The position numbers and the translations under genes were made by a program. From a phage, in sequence record PZ445524.1: 64,000 bases of DNA; one strand, given 5' to 3'. The notes under the pieces are model-generated. The model did no database searches. It saw nothing but the letters and a program-made list of their open reading frames with translations, and was not told where the DNA came from. Position 1 is the stretch's first letter, and every line of letters starts with the position of its first letter. This document shows positions 12,056-22,800 of the stretch, one piece after another.

Positions 12056-13932
12056 TTACACCGCCATCTTTCCTTTAATAGGAGGGTGTGATACATAGTT
12101 GTTAAGAACGAAATCTTTAGGCCTAAGTTTAAGAACATATTTTAATTGTTCTTTAGTAGAAAGATATCGGAATTTATAAGGTAGACCACTTATTACCAGC
12201 TCACAAAGCTCTTTAGGTTCACGCCTCAAAATTTCTTTACATTGTTCTACGTGATTCATATAGATATGAGTATTACCACCAGAAAATATCAAATCCCCTG
12301 GAATAAGATTACACATCTTAGCTACAATATGAACTAACGTAGCATATGATGCAATATTAAACGGTAGCATTATGTTCAGATAAGGTCGTTAATCTTACCC
12401 CGGAATTATATCCAGCTGCATGTCACCATGCAGAGCAGACTATATCTCCAACTTGTTAAAGCAAGTTGTCTATCGTTTCGAGTCACTTGACCCTACTCCC
12501 CAAAGGGATAGTCGTTAGGCATTTATGTAGAACCAATTCCATTTATCAGATTTTACACGATAAGTAACTAATCCAGACGAAATTTTAAAATGTCTAGCTG
12601 CATCTGCTGCACATTCAAAAATAACCCCATCACATGAAATCTTTTTAATATTACTAGGCTTTTTACCTTTCATCTTTTCTGATATTTTAGATTTAGTTAT
12701 GTCTGAATGCTTATGATTAAAGAATGAATTATTTTCACCTGAACGATTTCTGCATTTACTACAAGTATAAGCAGAAGTTTGTATGCGAACACCGCACTTA
12801 CAAAACTTATGGGTTTCTGGATTCCAACGCCCATTTTTACTTCCGGGTTTACTGTAAAGAGCTTTCCGACCATCAGGTCCAAGTTTAAGCATCTTAGCTT
12901 TAACAGTTTTAGAACGTTTCTTAATAATTTCTTCTTTTAATGGATGCGTAGAACATGTATCACCAAACGTTGCATCAGCAATATTGTATCCATTAATTTT
13001 AGAATTAAGCTCTTTAATCCAAAAATTTTCTCGTTCAATAATCAAATCTTTCTCATATGGAATTTCTTCCAAAATAGAACATTCAAACACATTACCGTGT
13101 TTGTTAAAAGACCTCTGAAGTTTTATAGAAGAATGGCATCCTTTTTCTAAATCTTTAAAATGCCTCTTCCATCTCTTTTCAAAATCTTTAGCACTTCCTA
13201 CATATACTTTATTGTTTAAAGTATTTTTAATCTGATAAATTCCGCTTTTCATAAATACCTCTTTGAATATAGAAGTATTTATTAAAGGGCAGTCCTACAA
13301 TTTAGCACGGGATTGTCTACTAGAGAGTTTCCCCGTTTAGATAGATTACAAGTATAAGTCACCTTATACTCAGGCCTCAATTAACCCAAGAAAACATCTA
13401 CCGAACGTTGATACCACTGCAAATCCAAATAGCCATTACGAACATTAAATTGATAAAACATATGACAAGGCGGTAATGCCATCTGCTTGAGTTCAGCTGG
13501 ATTCCATGCTGAAACAATTTGACGCCTATCATTTGGCAGTTTTTTAATACGATCAATAACTTCTATAATTTGGTCTACACCACCAAAATCACGCCACTGT
13601 TTTCCATAAATTGGACCAAGTTCACCGCTATGGTATCCTAAATCTTTTGCTTGATTTTCGTAATTTTCATCCCAAACTGTTTTGCCTTGGATTAACGAAT
13701 CATGCTGAATTAATCGTAAATCATTGACATTTGTGCTTCCTGATAAAAACCATATTAACTCGGCAATGCAAGCTTTCCAGGCGAGCTTTTTAGTTGTTAC
13801 TGCAGGAAAACCTTTGGTTAAATCCCAACGCAATTTAGTACCGAACAAAGCAATTGTTCCTGTGCCTGTTCGGTCATCGGTTTCATAACCATTTTCAAAA
13901 ATGTCTTTAATTAAATCTTGGTATTGTTTCAT
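12056..13932 (-). CDS. td: thymidylate synthase, interrupted by a group I intron (exon1 13384..13932, exon2 12056..12367)
   Basis: Exon 1 ends YQRSVDVFLG, exon 2 begins LPFNIASY; spliced product 286 aa. Confidence 0.9.
12368..13383 (-). mobile_element. group I intron in td (1016 nt) carrying I-TevI
   Basis: Exon 1 ends in U (GGU), intron ends AUG with terminal G before CUA CCG; length equals the known T4 td intron. Confidence 0.85.
12515..13252 (-). CDS. intron-encoded GIY-YIG homing endonuclease I-TevI
   Basis: 245 aa; N-terminal GIYQIKNTLNNKVYVGSAKDFEKRWKRH, zinc finger CKCGVRIQTSAYTCSKC, C-terminal DNA-binding region. Confidence 0.9.
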   Translation of the reverse strand: MKSGIYQIKNTLNNKVYVGSAKDFEKRWKRHFKDLEKGCHSSIKLQRSFNKHGNVFECSILEEIPYEKDLIIERENFWIKELNSKINGYNIADATFGDTCSTHPLKEEIIKKRSKTVKAKMLKLGPDGRKALYSKPGSKNGRWNPETHKFCKCGVRIQTSAYTCSKCRNRSGENNSFFNHKHSDITKSKISEKMKGKKPSNIKKISCDGVIFECAADAARHFKISSGLVTYRVKSDKWNWFYINA

Positions 13933-13977
13933 TTAGTACCTTATATAAATTATAATACATTTTATGAAGCTAAATAA

Positions 13978-14337
13978 TCAATACGGTTTAGCATCAAATT
14001 TTCTCTCAATTTCAGGTGTGAAATATAATTCTTTACCACGTTTGGAAAAGCGACCAATAATATGATAATTATTCTCATCAAACGTGATATTACCAATATC
14101 CATAGCTTTCAACCAAATATCGATATTTCTATCCAGCTTTATGTCAAAATTCCAATACGGAGAACTATTACCGAAAATACTGCAAGCGGATTCAGTGAAA
14201 CAACTGCTATAAATCTTGTCTTTAGGAACTACTAATTGATAGACACCTTTAATAAACTGAGGACCTTGCCATTTTGGCTGTTTCGCGTCTTTTTCTAATA
14301 GAATAGGGTAATAATTAAAATTCATATTTTCAGCCAC
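13978..14337 (-). CDS. hypothetical protein (116-119 aa) between frd and td
   Basis: 360-nt ORF in AT-rich DNA; GTG at 14335-14337 or ATG at 14323-14325; no strong SD; no recognisable motif. Confidence 0.5.
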   Translation of the reverse strand: MAENMNFNYYPILLEKDAKQPKWQGPQFIKGVYQLVVPKDKIYSSCFTESACSIFGNSSPYWNFDIKLDRNIDIWLKAMDIGNITFDENNYHIIGRFSKRGKELYFTPEIERKFDAKPY

Positions 14338-14345
14338 GCGTTATT

Positions 14346-15172
<827 letters not shown>

Positions 15173-15182
15173 ATTATTTTCC

Positions 15183-15426
15183 TTAAACAGACTTTTTCAC
15201 AATTTTCCAATCAGCTTTAAACTGCTCGACGTCAGAATGGTAAATCCAAAATCCTGCGCTTTCTCCGTCTTCATAAAGAGGACATCCATCGCATTCATCT
15301 TCCCATCCCATATCGCGTAAAAGATGTTCAGCTTTTTCAACAAGTTCAGAATCTTTACCGATGATATTAAAATACCATTTACCTCTAACTTCCGAATCTT
15401 TGATGCTCTGACGTTGTAATCTCATT
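15183..15426 (-). CDS. hypothetical protein (80 aa)
   Basis: Start moved to ATG 15424-15426 with GAGGAG SD; the longer ORF-track N-terminus would include the promoter. Confidence 0.5.
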
Positions 15427-15449
15427 TTATTCTCCTCAGTAGTTGATAA

Positions 15450-15483
15450 GGCTATAGTATCATTACCATAGCCTGTTGTAAAC
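15450..15483 (-). promoter_or_regulatory. early promoter
   Basis: - strand GTTTAC ... TACTAT upstream of ORF 15183..15426. Confidence 0.5.
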
Positions 15484-15485
15484 AT

Positions 15486-15713
15486 TTATTTTTGGATTAA
15501 GCCCATATAAAATTTAGCATCTTCAGGATACATGCCATCACAATACTCATTGGTCATAAAACTAATAAGGTCTTCAAGAGGACCTTGGACTTCAATTTGA
15601 ATACTAAAGAATTGGGTGTCTTTAATGTAAGCCATACTCAAAGAAGGATAACGATTGCGGATAACTTCGTAAGTGTATTCAAAATCAACAATATCAATAT
15701 TAACCTTAGCCAT
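15486..15713 (-). CDS. hypothetical protein (75 aa), paralog of 16197..16424
   Basis: [13 protein letters not shown]...NEYCDGM aligns with [13 protein letters not shown]...NEYCDGM; SD GAGGAAA. Confidence 0.55.
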   Translation of the reverse strand: MAKVNIDIVDFEYTYEVIRNRYPSLSMAYIKDTQFFSIQIEVQGPLEDLISFMTNEYCDGMYPEDAKFYMGLIQK

Positions 15714-15739
15714 TTTATTTTCCTCATGTAGTTGATAGG

Positions 15740-15772
15740 GTAATAGTATCACACTACTACCCTACTGTAAAC
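15740..15772 (-). promoter_or_regulatory. early promoter
   Basis: - strand GTTTAC ... GATACTAT upstream of ORF 15486..15713. Confidence 0.5.
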
Positions 15773-16152
15773 TACTTTTTGAAAGTTTTTCGCAAAAGTT
15801 CAATGATTTCGTCTACATTGTTTTCGTCTACAATGCAGTGAATTTTTGTTACGCCAGAAACCAGGTCTTTGACTTCATCTTTTTCAGAAGTCGGTTCTTT
15901 ATACTCACGAAAACAATGAAATTCGTCTTCGCAAATTTCTAAAAGTCTATCTTTGAGGTAAAAATGCTTTCCATTTGCGCATTCAATGTGTTTTACTGCT
16001 TTATATCCATTAGCGACGGAAACTTCTTTAACTTCAAACCATCCGCCATTATCTCGAATGGCTTTAACTATTGATGAATTAGAACGTGGGCTATAATTAA
16101 TAAATGTATCAATAAGTCTTGGAACAAGTTCATACTTTTTACCGGTATACAT
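15772..16152 (-). CDS. hypothetical protein (126 aa)
   Basis: ATG with GAGGAAA SD; hairpin 16167-16186 upstream. Confidence 0.55.
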   Translation of the reverse strand: MYTGKKYELVPRLIDTFINYSPRSNSSIVKAIRDNGGWFEVKEVSVANGYKAVKHIECANGKHFYLKDRLLEICEDEFHCFREYKEPTSEKDEVKDLVSGVTKIHCIVDENNVDEIIELLRKTFKK

Positions 16153-16196
16153 TACGTTTTCCTCATTTTAATAGGGGCTTGATAGCCCCTTGATAA

Positions 16197-16424
16197 TTAC
16201 TGTTCAATAAATCCTGTGTAAAATTCTACATCTTCAGCATCCATACCGTCGCAGTATTCATTAACCATAAACTGTTTAAGACGATTTAAAGGACCTTCAA
16301 TAACAACTGAAACATTACAATTAGGATCATTTAGTGCGCTTATGATACTAAGTTCAGGATAACGATTACGAATAATTTCTTCAATATATTCAAAATCAAC
16401 AACATCAATATCAATTTTAGCCAT
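16197..16424 (-). CDS. hypothetical protein (75 aa), paralog of 15486..15713
   Basis: ATG with AGAGGAAA SD; own early promoter upstream. Confidence 0.55.
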   Translation of the reverse strand: MAKIDIDVVDFEYIEEIIRNRYPELSIISALNDPNCNVSVVIEGPLNRLKQFMVNEYCDGMDAEDVEFYTGFIEQ

Positions 16425-16467
16425 ATTATTTTCCTCTTTAATTATCAGCAGTATTGCCGATAGTTGT

Positions 16468-16497
16468 ATATTACCACAGTATGCTTTGGTTGTAAAC
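16468..16497 (-). promoter_or_regulatory. early promoter
   Basis: - strand GTTTAC ... TAATAT upstream of ORF 16197..16424, just after the gene 32 terminator. Confidence 0.5.
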
Positions 16498-16520
16498 AGT
16501 TTTGTGAAAAATTTTTAAAA

Positions 16521-16547
16521 TAAAAAAAGGGGACCCTAGAGGTCCCC
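16521..16547 (-). terminator. rho-independent terminator after gene 32
   Basis: - strand GGGGACC-UCUAG-GGUCCCC followed by UUUUUUUAUUUU. Confidence 0.8.
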
Positions 16548-16569
16548 AATTAATTAGTAATATAATCTA

Positions 16570-17478
16570 TTAAAGGTCATTCAAAAGGTCATCCAGGTCC
16601 GTGTCATCAGCACTAGATGAACTGCTAGAGCTTGAGCTCATAAAATCATCTTCAGTTTTTGTATTGAAGTCATCAACATTGAATGCATCCAAATCATCAG
16701 CAACTTTATCAGCTTTCTTAGCGGCAGTTGCTGCGGCACCGCCCATCACAGCAGTTCCCATAACTTGACCGAATTTAGTGCTCAGTTCTTCAAACGATTT
16801 GAATTTATCTTTAGAAGTCATTTCAGAAAGGTCAACCATTTGTTCGAACAGTTCTTTCTGGAAAGATTCATCATCAATGTTTGGAATCGCAGATTGATTC
16901 AGGAATTTAGATTCATCGTAGTTACTAAATCCAGAAACCTGTTTAACTTTCAGTACAAAGTTAGCACCTTCCCACGGACAAGTTACATCAACCGGAGTTT
17001 CACCCATTTCAACATCAACTGCAATCATTGCATTGATTTTATCCCAGATTTTCTTACCGAAACGGTATTTAAATACTTTACCTTCATTTTCTGGAGCAGC
17101 TGGGTCTTTTACAACAAGAATATTAGCCCAGTAAGAAGTTTTACGTTTAACAAGACTGTACTCTTTATTGTCAGTGTTGTACAGATCATTTTTACTGATG
17201 TACTGACATACTGGGCAAGAATCGTAATCACCGTGGGTAGATGAACATGTTTCAATATACCATTTACCATTTTTCTTGAAACCGTGATTTACAAGAATTG
17301 CGAATGGTGCTTGTTCATCATTTTTAGACGGAAGAAAACGAATTACTGCTTGACCGTTACCCGCATTGTCGAGTTTCAGTTTCCACTCGCCTTTATCTTC
17401 AGAAGAAAAACCACCTTTATTTCCAGCCAGTTTAGCCATTTGCGCAGCGAGTTCAGCAGTAGATTTACGTTTAAACAT
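16570..17478 (-). CDS. 32: single-stranded DNA-binding protein gp32
   Basis: 302 aa; zinc site [14 protein letters not shown]; acidic Ser/Asp-rich C-terminus; AU-rich leader upstream. Confidence 0.95.
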   Translation of the reverse strand: MFKRKSTAELAAQMAKLAGNKGGFSSEDKGEWKLKLDNAGNGQAVIRFLPSKNDEQAPFAILVNHGFKKNGKWYIETCSSTHGDYDSCPVCQYISKNDLYNTDNKEYSLVKRKTSYWANILVVKDPAAPENEGKVFKYRFGKKIWDKINAMIAVDVEMGETPVDVTCPWEGANFVLKVKQVSGFSNYDESKFLNQSAIPNIDDESFQKELFEQMVDLSEMTSKDKFKSFEELSTKFGQVMGTAVMGGAAATAAKKADKVADDLDAFNVDDFNTKTEDDFMSSSSSSSSSADDTDLDDLLNDL

Positions 17479-17560
17479 TTTTATTTCCTTTTTAATTTAA
17501 TTAACAGTTGGTGCTATGACGATGTATGACCTCATAGCTGGTCAGTGAGATAATTATAAT
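17479..17560 (-). promoter_or_regulatory. gene 32 mRNA leader / autoregulatory translational operator
   Basis: - strand reads ...UUAAUUAAAUUAAAAAGGAAAUAAAUG; unstructured AU-rich tract adjacent to a structured region. Confidence 0.6.
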
Positions 17561-17562
17561 CT

Positions 17563-17570
17563 ATTTATAA
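17563..17570 (-). promoter_or_regulatory. late-type promoter TATAAATA upstream of gene 32
   Basis: Reverse complement TATAAATA about 85 nt upstream of the gene 32 ATG. Confidence 0.55.
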
Positions 17571-17577
17571 TAAGCAA

Positions 17578-18231
17578 TTAATACTTGCAAGATTTCACAG
17601 TTTCAATAAAAACACTTTTAGCTTTCTGTGAATCAATATTTAAAATTTTTCTATAAGCCTTTAACTTTATAGAATAATTATTCCAGACTAAATTATCAGT
17701 CTGTTCATCATGTTTATCAATTATATTTAAAAACGAATCAAGCAAGATAAACGTCTCAAACGAAATTATGTTCGATTGCAGAAGTTTAAAAATATAACTT
17801 GATTGAACTTTTGGATTATACTCAAAAATTTCTTTAAAAGCAGAAACTTCAACTTTTTTACTAAAATAATAAATGTTGCGAATATCTTCTTCAAACTTAA
17901 ATTTAATTTGCTTTAAGCGTCCGATATATTCACGATAAAACACAAGTGCATCAGCGTCAGAGATGTCACCAATCCAAGCATCTTGGTTAGCAACCAAATT
18001 GCTTATAAAGATTAAAGCAAGTTCCTTTAATTTATATTTTTCTGATAACTTCTGGAAAAAATACTTATCCCTTCGCTTTTGATAAGCGGCATCAGACACC
18101 CGCATGCACCAATTATACTTAATAACATCATACTTTCCATTCATATGCTGTTTTATCATTAAGTATAATTTATAAACTGATTTACCATCAATGTATCTTT
18201 CACCACCAGCAGGCATGCGGAGTTTAATCAT
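17578..18231 (-). CDS. 59: helicase loader gp59
   Basis: 217 aa basic protein directly upstream of gene 32. Confidence 0.85.
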   Translation of the reverse strand: MIKLRMPAGGERYIDGKSVYKLYLMIKQHMNGKYDVIKYNWCMRVSDAAYQKRRDKYFFQKLSEKYKLKELALIFISNLVANQDAWIGDISDADALVFYREYIGRLKQIKFKFEEDIRNIYYFSKKVEVSAFKEIFEYNPKVQSSYIFKLLQSNIISFETFILLDSFLNIIDKHDEQTDNLVWNNYSIKLKAYRKILNIDSQKAKSVFIETVKSCKY

Positions 18232-18566
18232 AGTAGAAAATCTAATGTATTAGTTTTTTCACAGCGAACAACAGAAGGACGTAAAAGATTTTCGTCAATA
18301 GCTTCTGACTGAATTTTTTCAATTATACCCGAAGGAATAAATTTAGCAAATTGAGTTTCAGGAATAGAGTTTTCTTCCAAGAATGCTGTCGTAGCTTCAA
18401 GATAACTCATTCCAAACTCTTCTACCATTTTTTCAATAATAAATCCATTTTCTTGACGATCAAGAAGCTTTGCTATTTCATCCTTTTCTTTCTTGATTGA
18501 GAGTTCTTTTTCTGAAAGACCGGTCTCATCGACCGGACGAATATCATTTAGAGAAAACTGTGTCAT
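18228..18566 (-). CDS. 33: late transcription co-activator gp33
   Basis: 112 aa from ATG 18564-18566; acidic; position 59-33-dsbA. Confidence 0.75.
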   Translation of the reverse strand: MTQFSLNDIRPVDETGLSEKELSIKKEKDEIAKLLDRQENGFIIEKMVEEFGMSYLEATTAFLEENSIPETQFAKFIPSGIIEKIQSEAIDENLLRPSVVRCEKTNTLDFLL

Positions 18567-18813
18567 AAAGTTCAACTACCTCTTCAGTTTCAGCTTCAAA
18601 CACATCACGGTTATCTTTATGATACAAAGCTAATAGACGATTAAACATCTTACCATCAACACCAAGTTCATCTTTAGCACGAATTCGAATATCTTTAATC
18701 AGTTCATTATAACCGGAAATTTTCAGTTTATGATCAGATGCTTCTTTAATAAATTTAGCCAAGTCTTCGCCATGGATAGCTTCATCAAATTCAACCATTT
18801 CTTTTTTAGCCAT
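18544..18813 (-). CDS. dsbA: dsDNA-binding protein DsbA
   Basis: 89 aa; GAGGTG SD; position between 33 and rnh. Confidence 0.7.
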   Translation of the reverse strand: MAKKEMVEFDEAIHGEDLAKFIKEASDHKLKISGYNELIKDIRIRAKDELGVDGKMFNRLLALYHKDNRDVFEAETEEVVELYDTVFSK

Positions 18814-18821
18814 TATTCACC

Positions 18822-19739
18822 TCAAAATTCATTAATGCTATTAGTTAATTTAGAAAGACCCGCTTTTACAAAATATGAATAAATTTTGCCACGCGGTGGT
18901 AATTTATATGAATTATAGTAATTCACAATGTTTGAAGCAATATTATCAGGAATATAATCAAAATCAATTAGAACTAAATTTTCTTTATATCGATTATATT
19001 CAGATTCAGTGAGAAGCACCTTAGCTTGCTCACGGTCATTAGCAATAGCTTCAACGATTGAAGTTTTCATTGAAGGAGTTCGTTCACCTTCAACTCTGGT
19101 AAACCAAAAGTCAGATCGTACTTTAACTGAAGCAACGTTATCCTTTTTGTCGCCTTTAAGGATTTTAGTCATACAGTCAATTTCAGCAGAACCGCTTTTA
19201 ATTTTAACCCATTTCTTGTGCATCGGTGACCATTGCTTAACATTTGGGTATTTGTGAAGTTGAGTAAAGTCACCATCCGACGAAATGATTAAAATCTTAT
19301 GTCCTTCTAAAGAGAACTTTTTAACAAGAACAGCAATGTGGTCATCTGCTTCATACTTATCAATATCCATAACAATGTATGGCATATAAGCTTTCAATTC
19401 ATCTATAACTTTATGGCTGGATTCAAAATAACCTTCCCAGTCCCAAGTAGATTCTTCTCGTGCTTTTCCACGGTTTTTCTTGTAATAATACGCGAAATCA
19501 CGACGCCAGTATCCAGATTTCGCGTTATCAATACACAGTACAATTTTAGTGTATCCAAGCGTTTTTGCTTTTTTGACATTAAACTTAATTGAGTTCAATA
19601 TCAAATGACGAACCATTGATAAATTAATTTTTTCTTTATCTGGGAAGTTTACCAGAGCAGTTGAAAGCGCAATTTGACTAAAGTCAATTAAGCAGATTCC
19701 TTCTTTGTAATCTTCATCCAACATCATTTCTAAATCCAT
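18822..19739 (-). CDS. rnh: RNase H (5'-3' exonuclease / flap endonuclease)
   Basis: 305 aa from ATG 19737-19739 (MDLEMM); FEN-family acidic residues. Confidence 0.9.
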   Translation of the reverse strand: MDLEMMLDEDYKEGICLIDFSQIALSTALVNFPDKEKINLSMVRHLILNSIKFNVKKAKTLGYTKIVLCIDNAKSGYWRRDFAYYYKKNRGKAREESTWDWEGYFESSHKVIDELKAYMPYIVMDIDKYEADDHIAVLVKKFSLEGHKILIISSDGDFTQLHKYPNVKQWSPMHKKWVKIKSGSAEIDCMTKILKGDKKDNVASVKVRSDFWFTRVEGERTPSMKTSIVEAIANDREQAKVLLTESEYNRYKENLVLIDFDYIPDNIASNIVNYYNSYKLPPRGKIYSYFVKAGLSKLTNSINEF

Positions 19740-19764
19740 ATGAACCTCGTTCAATTAGTGAGAT

Positions 19765-19797
19765 TTCTATTATATACCATCCAAATCTTAAAGTAAA
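19765..19797 (-). promoter_or_regulatory. early promoter for rnh, divergent from the gene 34 late promoter
   Basis: - strand GTTTAC ... TATATAAT upstream of the rnh ATG. Confidence 0.5.
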
Positions 19798-19801
19798 CAA
19801 G

Positions 19802-19809
19802 TATAAATA
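19802..19809 (+). promoter_or_regulatory. late promoter TATAAATA for gene 34
   Basis: Exact TATAAATA about 35 nt upstream of the gene 34 ATG. Confidence 0.8.
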
Positions 19810-19843
19810 CTTATTATTGAAAACACAATAGGAGCCCGGGAGA

Positions 19844-22800
19844 ATGGCCGAGATTAAAAGAAAGTTCAGAGCAGAAGATGGTCTGGACGCAGGTGGTGAT
19901 AAAATAATCAACGTAGCTTTAGCTGATCGTACCGTAGGAACTGACGGTGTTAACGTTGATTACTTAATTCAAGAAAACACAGTTCAACAATATGATCCAA
20001 CTCGTGGATATTTAAAAGATTTTGTAATCATTTATGATAACCGCTTTTGGGCTGCTATAAATGATATTCCAAAGCCAGCAGGAGCTTTTAATAGCGGACG
20101 CTGGAGAGCATTACGTACCGATGCTAACTGGATTACGGTTTCATCTGGTTCATATCAATTAAAATCTGGTGAAGCAATTTCGGTTAACACCGCAGCTGGA
20201 AATGACATCACGTTTACTTTACCATCTTCTCCAATTGATGGTGATACTATCGTTCTCCAAGATATTGGAGGAAAACCTGGAGTTAACCAAGTTTTAATTG
20301 TAGCTCCAGTGCAAAGTATTGTAAACTTTAGAGGTGAACAGGTACGTTCAGTACTAATGACTCATCCAAAGTCACAGCTAGTTTTAATTTTTAGTAATCG
20401 TCTGTGGCAAATGTATGTTGCTGATTATAGTAGAGAAGCTATAGTTGTAACACCAGCGAATACTTATCAAGCGCAATCCAACGATTTTATCGTACGTAGA
20501 TTTACTTCTGCTGCACCAATTAATGTTAAACTTCCAAGATTTGCTAATCATGGCGATATTATTAATTTCGTAGATTTAGATAAACTAAATCCGCTTTATC
20601 ATACAATTGTTACTACATACGATGAAACGACTTCAATACAAGAAGTTGGAACTCATTCCATTGAAGGCCGTACAACGATTGACGGTTTCTTGATGTTTGA
20701 TGATAATGAGAAATTGTGGAGATTGTTTGACGGGGATAGTAAAGCGCGTTTACGCATTATAACGACTAATTCTAATATTCGTCCAAATGAAGAAGTTATG
20801 GTATTTGGTGCGAATAACGGAACAGCTCAGACAATTGAACTTCAGCTTCCGACTGATATTTCTGTTGGTGATACTGTTAAAATTTCCATGAATTACATGA
20901 GAAAAGGACAAACAGTTAAAATCAAAGCTGCCGGTGAAGATAAAATTGCTTCTTCAGTTCAATTGCTGCAATTCCCAAAACGTTCAGAGTATCCGCCTGA
21001 AACTAAATGGGTTACAGTCCAAGAATTAGTTTTTAATGGTGAAACTAATTATGTACCAGTTTTAGAGCTTGCTTATATTGAAGATTCTGATGGAAAATAC
21101 TGGGTTGTACAGCAAAACGTTCCAACTGTCGAAAGAGTAGATTCTTTAAATGATTCTACTAGAGCAAGATTAGGCGTAATTGCTTTAGCTACACAAGCTC
21201 AAGCTAACGTCGATTTAGAAAATTCTCCACAAAAAGAATTAGCAATTACTCCAGAAACATTAGCTAACCGTACTGCTACAGAAACTCGTAGAGGTATCGC
21301 AAGAATAGCAACTACTGCTCAAGTGAATCAGAACACCACATTCTCTTTTGCAGATGACCTTATCATTACTCCTAAAAAGCTGAATGAAAGAACTGCTACA
21401 GAAACTCGCAGAGGTGTTGCTGAAATTGCTACGCAGCAAGAAACTAATGCAGGTACTGATGATACTACAATCGTCACTCCTAAAAAGCTTCAAGCTCGTC
21501 AAGGTTCTGAATCATTATCTGGTATTGTAACCTTTGTATCTACTGCAGGTGCTACTCCAGCTTCTAGCCGTGAATTAAATGGTACGAATGTTTATAATAA
21601 AAACACTAATAATTTAGTTGTTTCACCTAAAGCTTTGGATCAGTATAAAGCTACGCCTACTCAACAGGGTGCAGTAATTTTAGCAGTTGAAAGTGAAGTA
21701 ATTGCTGGACAAAGTCAGCAAGGATGGGCAAATGCTGTTGTAACGCCAGAAACGTTACATAAAAAGACATCAACTGATGGAAGAATTGGTTTAATTGAAA
21801 TTGCTACGCAAAGTGAAGTTAATACAGGAACTGATTATACTCGTGCAGTCACTCCTAAAACTTTAAATGGTCGTAAAGCAACTGAAAGTTTAAGTGGTAT
21901 AGCTGAAATTGCTACGCAAGTTGAATTCGACGCAGGCGTCGACGATACTCGTATCTCTACACCATTAAAAATTAAAACTAGATTTAATAGTACTGATCGT
22001 ACTTCTGTTGTTGCTCTATCTGGATTAGTTGAATCAGGAACTCTCTGGGACCATTATACCCTTAATATTCTTGAAGCAAATGAGACACAGCGTGGTACAC
22101 TTCGCGTAGCTACACAAGTTGAAGCTGCTGCAGGAAAATTAGATAATGTTTTAATAACTCCTAAAAAGCTTTTAGGTACTAAATCTACTGAAGCACAGGA
22201 AGGTGTTATTAAAGTTGCAACTCAGTCTGAAACTGTGACTGGAACATCAGCAAATACTGCTGTATCTCCAAAAAATTTAAAGTGGATTGTGCAGAGTGAA
22301 CCTACCTGGGCAGCTACTACTGCGGTAAGAGGTTTTGTTAAAACTTCATCTGGTTCAATTACATTCGTTGGTAATGATACGGTAGGTTCAACACAGCCAT
22401 TAGAATCATATGAGAAAAATAGCTATGCGGTATCACCATATGAATTAAACCGTGTATTAGCAAATTATTTGCCGTTAAAAGCAAAAGCTGCTGATACAAA
22501 TTTATTGGATGGTCTAGATTCATCTCAGTTCATTCGTAGGGATATTGCACAGACGGTTAATGGTTCACTAACCTTAACCCAACAAACGAATCTGAGTGCC
22601 CCTCTTGTATCATCTAGTACTGGTGAATTTGGTGGTTCATTGGCCGCTAACTCAACATTTACTATCCGTAACACAGGAACTATGACGCCCCGTATCGTTT
22701 TCGAAAAAGGTCCTGCATCTGGTGCAAACCCGGCACAGTCAATGAGTATTCGTGTATGGGGTAACCAATTTGGTGGCGGTAGTGATACGACTCGTTCGAC

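Noticed and set aside
15486-15752. N-terminal extensions given by the ORF track (here and at 4485-5645, 5662-6096, 18822-19754, 35852-36358, 59692-59991)
   Set aside because: The track uses TTG/GTG and longest-frame starts; the extensions run over promoters or lack an SD, and an internal ATG with a good SD gives the expected protein size
16765-17529. Plus-strand ORFs antisense to gene 32 (16765-17244, 17284-17529)
   Set aside because: Antisense to a highly conserved gene and without translation signals
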